Below are positions 55,686 through 62,369 of a stretch of DNA of 62,369 nt, piece by piece. Positions within the stretch are counted from its first letter, which is position 1, and every line of letters begins with the position of its first letter. The notes under the pieces were generated by a model that searched no databases, was not told the origin of the DNA, and worked only from the letters and a program-made list of their open reading frames with translations. Origin of the DNA: Nitrospinota bacterium (GTDB lineage: Bacteria; Nitrospinota_A; UBA7883); NCBI GenBank assembly GCA_016207925.1, contig JACQZB010000130.1, forward strand, positions 1 through 62,369, read 5' to 3'. A program made the translations under genes and the position numbers.

Positions 55686-56120
55686 ATGACCGTGAATATC
55701 CTGATCGTGGACGACGAGGAGGGCATCCGCACCTCGCTGGGCGCGTACCTGCGCCTTGAAGGCTACCAGGTGGGAAGCGCCGCCAGCGGCAAGGAGACCA
55801 TCGAGGCGTTGCGCGAAACGAAATACAACGTCGTGCTGCTCGACATTAATATGCCGGGCATGGACGGGCTTGAAACCTTGCGCGCCATCAAGGCCATAGA
55901 CTTTTCCATCCAGGTCATCATGATGACGGCCTACTCCACCTTCGACAAGACCATGAAGTCGCTGGAGTACGGCGCCACGGATTACATTCTCAAGCCGTTC
56001 GAGGATCTGGCGGAGATATTGCATTTGGTCCGGCTCTCGGAAGAGCGATTGGACCGCTGGAAACGCAACATGAGCGCCTCGATCATCAAGCAAAAGGAAG
56101 AAGGGAGCGCGCGTCCATAA
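55686..56120 (+). CDS. cheY: CheY-like single-domain response regulator with a short helical tail
   Basis: Contains ILIVDDEE, VVLLDINMPGMDG and DYILKPF. Confidence 0.85.
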   Translation: MTVNILIVDDEEGIRTSLGAYLRLEGYQVGSAASGKETIEALRETKYNVVLLDINMPGMDGLETLRAIKAIDFSIQVIMMTAYSTFDKTMKSLEYGATDYILKPFEDLAEILHLVRLSEERLDRWKRNMSASIIKQKEEGSARP

Positions 56121-56144
56121 CCACCTTGCGCGGGGAGAACAACT

Positions 56145-56663
56145 ATGGCGACGGATAACAAGGGCGGTGAAGCCGCCTCCGCCAAGGCCTCGGCCCAGGG
56201 CCAGGGGCTGGAGGGCAAATACCTGACCTTTGTACTCGGCGACGAGGAGTACGGGCTGGAAATACTCAAGGTGCGCGAGATCATCGGTTTGATGGACATC
56301 ACGCCGGTGCCGCAGACGCCCGTGTTCATCAAGGGGGTCATCAACCTGCGCGGCAAGGTGATCCCCGTGATTGACCTGCGGCTGAAGTTCGGCATGGAAG
56401 AGGCCGAGCCGACCGAGGAAACCTGCATCATCGTGGTGGATATTGACGACACGCTGATGGGCATCCTGGTGGACACGGTTTCCGAGGTGCTGGACATCTC
56501 CCATGAGCAAATCGAACCGGCCCCGGCCTTCGGCAGCCACATCTCCACGGAATTCATTCTGGGGATGGGCAAAATCCAGGGGAAAGTGAAAATGCTGCGC
56601 GATGTGGGCCGGGTGCTTTCCCCGGAGGAATTGGTCCACGCCGCGCGCGCGGCGGGCCAATGA
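56145..56663 (+). CDS. cheW: Chemotaxis coupling protein CheW
   Basis: Contains YLTFVLGDEEYGLEILKVREII....GVINLRGKVIPVIDLR. Confidence 0.92.
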   Translation: MATDNKGGEAASAKASAQGQGLEGKYLTFVLGDEEYGLEILKVREIIGLMDITPVPQTPVFIKGVINLRGKVIPVIDLRLKFGMEEAEPTEETCIIVVDIDDTLMGILVDTVSEVLDISHEQIEPAPAFGSHISTEFILGMGKIQGKVKMLRDVGRVLSPEELVHAARAAGQ

Positions 56664-56692
56664 CCGCGGCGCGAGACTAGGAGCCACGCAGG

Positions 56693-57559
56693 ATGAACGG
56701 CGCCGGAACACAAACCGCGTACACGGGGGGATTCACCCTGTCCGACCGCGAGTTCCAGATGTTCCGTGACCTCATATTCGAGAAAAGCGGCATCAATCTT
56801 CACGATGGCAAGAAGGAGCTGTTGCGCACGCGGCTGGGCAAACGGCTCCGCTCGCACGGCATCAACACGTTCCGCGAGTACTATGATCTGGTCCGCGACG
56901 ACCGTTCGGGCGACGAGCTGGTCAGCCTGCTGGACGCCATCTCCACCAACATCACCAGCTTTTTCCGGGAAATCAACCACTTCAATTTTCTGCGCGAAAC
57001 GGTGATTCCTGAAACGTTGGAGCGCAAGAAAGCCCCATCCGATCAGGAGCTTCGCGTATGGAGCGCGGGTTGCTCGTCGGGGGAGGAACCGTATTCGCTG
57101 GCGTTCACCTTGCTTGAAGACGCGCGCATCCCCTCGTCGAACCAGATCAAGATACTGGCGACGGACATTTCGTTGCGGATGCTGGAGCGCGCCGCCCAAG
57201 GCCTCTACCCGGAGGAGCGGGTCGGCACTGTGCCGGCGGCGGCGCGCAAACGTTTTTTTGAAAAGGCGCCGGGCGGCGCGCAAAACTACCGGGTGCGCGA
57301 GGAGGCGCGCCGCGTGGTGCACTTCAAGCGGTTCAACCTGATGACGGCGGCCTTTCCGTTCAAGCGGCGGTTCGACCTTATCTTCTGCCGCAATGTGATG
57401 ATCTACTTTGACAAACCGACGCAGGAGGCGCTGGTGAACAAATTCTACCAGGCGCTGGCCAACGGGGGGTACCTGATGATCGGGCACTCGGAAAGCCTGA
57501 CGGGCATCCAGCACAAGTTCCGGTATATCCGCCCCACCATCTACAAGCGCATGGATTGA
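56693..57559 (+). CDS. cheR: Chemotaxis protein methyltransferase CheR
   Basis: Contains TNITSFFRE, RVWSAGCSSGEEPYS, FCRNVMIYF and GGYLMIGHSE. Confidence 0.93.
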   Translation: MNGAGTQTAYTGGFTLSDREFQMFRDLIFEKSGINLHDGKKELLRTRLGKRLRSHGINTFREYYDLVRDDRSGDELVSLLDAISTNITSFFREINHFNFLRETVIPETLERKKAPSDQELRVWSAGCSSGEEPYSLAFTLLEDARIPSSNQIKILATDISLRMLERAAQGLYPEERVGTVPAAARKRFFEKAPGGAQNYRVREEARRVVHFKRFNLMTAAFPFKRRFDLIFCRNVMIYFDKPTQEALVNKFYQALANGGYLMIGHSESLTGIQHKFRYIRPTIYKRMD

Positions 57560-57566
57560 CGCCGTC

Positions 57567-57980
57567 ATGGAGGTGAAACTTCTGATCGTTGACGATGAGC
57601 AGTCCATCGCCGGCTCGCTGGCGAAGTATTTCCGGCTGCACGAATTCGAGGTGGGCGTGGCCCACAACGCGGAGGAGGCGCTCAAGAAGATTTTCGAGGA
57701 GAACTACATGGTGGTGATCTCCGACATCATGATGCCGGGCATGTCCGGCATCGAGCTGCTCAAACGGATCAAGAAGTACAACGGCATGATCCAGGTGCTG
57801 ATGATGACCGGCGTGGTGACCATCGAAAACGTGCTGGCCTGCCTGCGCAACGGCGCCAACGAGTGCTACCTCAAGCCCCTGGGCGACCTGGAGGTGATCC
57901 GGGCGGGGGTGGACGAGGCCGTGGGCAAGCTGACACGGTGGGAAAACCTGATACGAAACATGGTTAAGCGGAAGGACTGA
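57567..57980 (+). CDS. CheY-like single-domain response regulator, second paralog
   Basis: Contains LLIVDDEQ, VVISDIMMPGMSG and CYLKPL. Confidence 0.85.
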   Translation: MEVKLLIVDDEQSIAGSLAKYFRLHEFEVGVAHNAEEALKKIFEENYMVVISDIMMPGMSGIELLKRIKKYNGMIQVLMMTGVVTIENVLACLRNGANECYLKPLGDLEVIRAGVDEAVGKLTRWENLIRNMVKRKD

Positions 57981-59986
57981 TGGCCGAAGAATTCGAGCTG
58001 GACCAGGAGATCCTCGTCGAGTTCATCAAGGAGACCCTTGAGGAGCTTGACGGCCTGGATCCAAAGTTCATCGCGCTGGAGAAGAACCCCAAGGACATGG
58101 AGGTTCTCAACGCGATTTTCCGCACCATGCACTCCATCAAGGGGTCGTCGGCGTTTTTCAACCTCAACCACATCCGCAATTTCGCGCACAAGCTGGAATT
58201 CCTGCTCGACGACCTTCGCAAGGGCGCGCGCACGGCCACCAAGGACATCATCAATGTCCTGCTGCGCGGCAAGGACCGCCTCGACCACATGCTCAACCGG
58301 CTCGCCTCCGGCGACATGGAGGTTACCCATACGCCGGACGAAGCGGCGCTGCTCAAACAGGTGGAGAACATCCTCGCCTCCAAGGAGGAGGCGGCGAAGG
58401 AAATCAAGCCCCACCAGGTGTTTCTGGAAATTGACAAGCTGCGCCTGGACCTGGCCACCGACGGGCTGATTGACAAGGAGCCGGTTGAACGCCTGCTCGA
58501 ACAGATCGAGCGGCTGCGCGAGGCGGTGCTTGGCCCCGAAGCCCGGCCCAGCGGTGAGGCCGCGCCCCCGCTGGGGAAGATGCTTATCCAGCAGGGGCTG
58601 ATCTCCGAGGAAGACGTCGAGGAGGCGCTCACCAAGCAGAAAAAGCTTGGCGAAATCCTGGTGGAGGAGGGCAAAGTCACGCCCGAAGCGGTGGAAAGGG
58701 CCGCGTCGGACCAGCGGCAGCAAGCGCGGGAAATCGCGGAAGCCAAAAAGAAAAAGGAGCCAACCCCCATCGCCGGTCTCAAGAAGACCATGCGTATCGA
58801 GGAAGAGAAGATAGACAGCTTCATGGATGTCGTCGGCGAACTGATCATCAACGCGGAAGTCTTCAACTACCTCCAGAAAAAACTTGAGGGGGGCATGGAT
58901 ATCGAAAAGTCCGTCATGGAGTTCAAGAACGCCAACGTGGACTTTTCCGAGCTTATCTTCAACCTGCAAAAAGGGCTGGCGGAAGTCCGCAAGGTTTCCA
59001 TCAAGGGCATTTTCCAGAAGCTGCCGCGCATGGTGCGCGACCTGGCCGAGGCCATCGGCAAAAAGGCCGACATCGAAATCCGCGGCGAGGATCTGCTGCT
59101 GGACAAAAGCCTGTTCGAGCAGTTGGAAAGCCCGCTCAACCACATCATCCGCAACGCCGTGGACCACGGGCTGGAAGCGCCGGACGTCCGGCAGGCGGCG
59201 GGCAAGAATCCCATGGGCCGCGTGGAGGTCATCGCCGAGGAAACGAAAGGCGAATTTGTCATCCGCATCCGCGACGACGGCAAGGGAATGGACGCGGCCA
59301 AGCTGCGCGCCAAGGCCGTTGAAAAGGGCGTCATCACCGCCGCCCAGGCCGACACCATGCCCGACAAGGAGGCCTACAAGCTCATCTTCGCGCCGGGTTT
59401 CTCCACCGCCGAAAAGGTCACCGACGTTTCCGGGCGCGGCGTGGGGATGGACGTGGTGATGACCACGCTCAAGGAGAACAAGGGCAAGGTGGACATCAGC
59501 ACCACGCTGGGCAAGGGGACGGAGTTCACGCTGTCGCTGCCGCTCTCCAACACGCTTATCACCATCTCCGGCCTGGTGGTCGCCGTGGGCAAGGAAAAGT
59601 ACATTGTGCCTATGGAATGGATCCGCGAATCCATCCATCCCTCGCGCCAGCAGGTTTCCTCCGTGAAGACCAAGGGGGAGATCGTGCAGATTCGCGATCA
59701 CATCTATCCGCTGATCCGGCTGCACGAGGTGTTCGGCGTCACCCCGAAGCACAAGCACCCCTGGAATTCCGTGGTGATGGTGATAGACCGCGAGGGGCTG
59801 CAGTGCTGTCTGATGGTGGACGAGATCATCGAGGAGACGCAGGTGGTGCTCAAGGACCTGGGGAAGATGTTCCACCACATCCCCGGCATCCTGGGCGGGG
59901 CGATCCTCGGCGACGGCAACGTGGGCCTGGTGGTGAACATCGAAGGCCTGCTGCGGACCGACGCGCGCTCTTACGCGGACCATTAA
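57980..59986 (+). CDS. cheA: CheA histidine kinase, second paralog
   Basis: The Hpt domain has IFRTMHSIKGSSAFF. A tandem LG(K/E)(M/I)L(I/V) motif follows. The kinase part has HIIRNAVDHGLE, DDGKGMD and GRGVGMD. The C-terminus is CheW-like. Confidence 0.93.
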   Translation: MAEEFELDQEILVEFIKETLEELDGLDPKFIALEKNPKDMEVLNAIFRTMHSIKGSSAFFNLNHIRNFAHKLEFLLDDLRKGARTATKDIINVLLRGKDRLDHMLNRLASGDMEVTHTPDEAALLKQVENILASKEEAAKEIKPHQVFLEIDKLRLDLATDGLIDKEPVERLLEQIERLREAVLGPEARPSGEAAPPLGKMLIQQGLISEEDVEEALTKQKKLGEILVEEGKVTPEAVERAASDQRQQAREIAEAKKKKEPTPIAGLKKTMRIEEEKIDSFMDVVGELIINAEVFNYLQKKLEGGMDIEKSVMEFKNANVDFSELIFNLQKGLAEVRKVSIKGIFQKLPRMVRDLAEAIGKKADIEIRGEDLLLDKSLFEQLESPLNHIIRNAVDHGLEAPDVRQAAGKNPMGRVEVIAEETKGEFVIRIRDDGKGMDAAKLRAKAVEKGVITAAQADTMPDKEAYKLIFAPGFSTAEKVTDVSGRGVGMDVVMTTLKENKGKVDISTTLGKGTEFTLSLPLSNTLITISGLVVAVGKEKYIVPMEWIRESIHPSRQQVSSVKTKGEIVQIRDHIYPLIRLHEVFGVTPKHKHPWNSVVMVIDREGLQCCLMVDEIIEETQVVLKDLGKMFHHIPGILGGAILGDGNVGLVVNIEGLLRTDARSYADH

Positions 59987-60001
59987 GGGGAGACAGCCGC
60001 C

Positions 60002-60931
60002 ATGGCGGACGACGCTTTGATGAACGAATTTTTCGCCGACACCCAATCGCACATCGAAGGGGTCGAGGAAGATCTGCTGGCGCTTGAGAAAGCCCCCGGC
60101 GACAGCGAGTTGATCGCCGACATCTTCCGGCGGGTTCATAGCGTCAAGGGCAACGCCGGTATGCTGGGGCTAAGCGCCATCCATACCACCGGCCAGGAGT
60201 TTGAAACATTTCTGGACGGCGTGCGCGACCGCGGCGCCGCCACCGAGGCTGAGATCGAGCGCATGTTCCACTCGCTCGACCGCCTTAAGCAGGTGGTGGC
60301 GGAGCTTCGGGGCGACTCGTCCGTAAAAGGCCCCGCCGTGGAGGAAATCCCCGCGCCCGCGCCGCCCGTGGCGGCCATGCCCGCCGCCGCCAAGCCCGCG
60401 CCCCCCATCGCCGCTCCACGGGCCGCCGCGCCCGCCGCCAAACCCGCGGCCACCGCCCCCGCGGGCGCCGCATCCGCCGCCGCTCAGGAGGAAACCTTTA
60501 CCTTCCTCACCTTTGTCCTTGGCGAGGAGACGTATGGCATAGACATTCTGCGGGTCCGCGAGATCATCACCTCGGAGTCCATCACGCGCGTGCCGAACAC
60601 TAAAAAATTCCTCGAAGGCGTCATGAACCTTCGCGACCAGATCATCCCCGTTTTCAACCTCAAGGGGCGGCTGGACATTGACCGCGAAAAGATGGCCGTG
60701 GGCGGCGAGAAAAACATCATCATTGTGGAAATCTCCAGGGTGGCCACCGGGCTTAAAGTGGACGAGGTGACCGGCATCAAGGTGTTCCCCCGCTCCAAAA
60801 TATCGCCGCCGGAAACCTTTTACGGCAGTGTCCCCACCGAGTACCTGTACGGCGTTGGCCAGACCGACGCCGGCCCTGTGATCCTCCTCGCCGCCGGTGA
60901 CCTGTGCAATCCTGACGAACTGCTGTACTAA
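60002..60931 (+). CDS. Hpt (P1) - Ala/Pro linker - CheW-like (P5) protein lacking dimerisation and kinase domains
   Basis: N-terminal ..IFRRVHSVKGNAGMLGL.., a linker of about 60 aa rich in Ala/Pro, then FLTFVLGEETYGIDILRVREII...GVMNLRDQIIPVFNLK. Confidence 0.85.
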   Translation: MADDALMNEFFADTQSHIEGVEEDLLALEKAPGDSELIADIFRRVHSVKGNAGMLGLSAIHTTGQEFETFLDGVRDRGAATEAEIERMFHSLDRLKQVVAELRGDSSVKGPAVEEIPAPAPPVAAMPAAAKPAPPIAAPRAAAPAAKPAATAPAGAASAAAQEETFTFLTFVLGEETYGIDILRVREIITSESITRVPNTKKFLEGVMNLRDQIIPVFNLKGRLDIDREKMAVGGEKNIIIVEISRVATGLKVDEVTGIKVFPRSKISPPETFYGSVPTEYLYGVGQTDAGPVILLAAGDLCNPDELLY

Positions 60932-60940
60932 AGACGATAA

Positions 60941-61972
<1,032 letters not shown>

Positions 61973-61976
61973 CGCC

Positions 61977-62360
61977 ATGGGGCCGGAACAGGGAGACGCC
62001 GCTTCGCGCCGGTACCGCCTGCGCGTGCCCTTTGAAACCTCCATCACCCTTGAACACGGCGGCAAGTCGCTTACCTATAACCGTACGCACGATGTCAGCA
62101 TGAACGGGGTGTACGTGCGGACCGCGCAGCCGCTGCCGGCGGGGATCCGCGCCGCCTTCCGGATGATCCTGGCCGTGGGGATGCGGCACGAAACCATTGT
62201 GGGCGAATGCGAGGTGGCCCGCTCCGTCTCGCTGGACGATGGGCTTTCCGAGGAGGAGCCAGGGCCGGGCATGGGCCTGAAGTTCGTTTCGCTGGAGCCG
62301 GAGTCGTCCGAAACACTGTTCAGCATCATCCGCTACAACCAGCCGCCGGAACAGGCGTAG
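61977..62360 (+). CDS. PilZ domain protein
   Basis: Contains RRYRLR (RxxxR) and DVSMNG (DxSxxG) with the usual spacing. 127 aa. Confidence 0.8.
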   Translation: MGPEQGDAASRRYRLRVPFETSITLEHGGKSLTYNRTHDVSMNGVYVRTAQPLPAGIRAAFRMILAVGMRHETIVGECEVARSVSLDDGLSEEEPGPGMGLKFVSLEPESSETLFSIIRYNQPPEQA

Positions 62361-62369
62361 CGGCGGGTT

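Overview
This is a 62.4-kb, high-GC chromosomal segment from a diderm bacterium (it encodes LolA, LpxC, RseP and an OMP-like porin). It is probably metagenome- or draft-derived, and I cannot place it taxonomically from sequence alone. Most of it is tightly packed housekeeping. The units are: tgt-hemW; tRNA-His; an F1Fo ATP synthase operon (b'-b-delta-alpha-gamma-beta-epsilon); a TRAP transporter with two tandem binding proteins; fabD-fabG-acpP-fabF-rnc-queE; a translationally coupled 9.8-kb minus-strand operon (glgB, DUF4390, NtrY-like kinase, REC/AAA/LpxC fusion, purN, lolA, rseP); a nitrogen cluster with sigma54-type promoters (porin, P-II, two amt genes, glnA); dnaK; greA; purM; aroQ-pepP; and a 9.5-kb chemosensory cluster (two CheA, two CheY, CheW, CheR, Hpt-CheW, CheB, PilZ). 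Accessory content is two type II toxin-antitoxin pairs (HigBA, MazEF-like) and two visibly AT-richer islands. One island holds an orphan SEC-C protein with a nuclease-like core, and the other holds a C-protein-controlled type II restriction-modification system. No CRISPR array, transposase, integrase or rRNA is visible. The points most worth a second look are these. (1) A response-regulator receiver plus a degenerate sigma54-type AAA+ module is fused to a complete LpxC, directly downstream of an NtrY-like kinase. (2) Both CheA kinases carry a tandem MshEN/T2SSE_N-like motif that matches the c-di-GMP-binding pattern, in a cluster that ends with a PilZ gene and also contains a kinase-less Hpt-CheW protein. 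(3) The SEC-C/PD-(D/E)xK-like orphan sits behind a 440-nt hairpin-rich leader. (4) A 143-bp repeat occurs twice in inverted orientation, each copy just upstream of a co-oriented gene. (5) Three normally essential genes (atpD, fabF, glnA) carry clean internal deletions. These may be assembly artefacts, so the gene fusions on this contig need read-level validation. All functional calls come from reading the translated ORFs against remembered family motifs; no database search was run.
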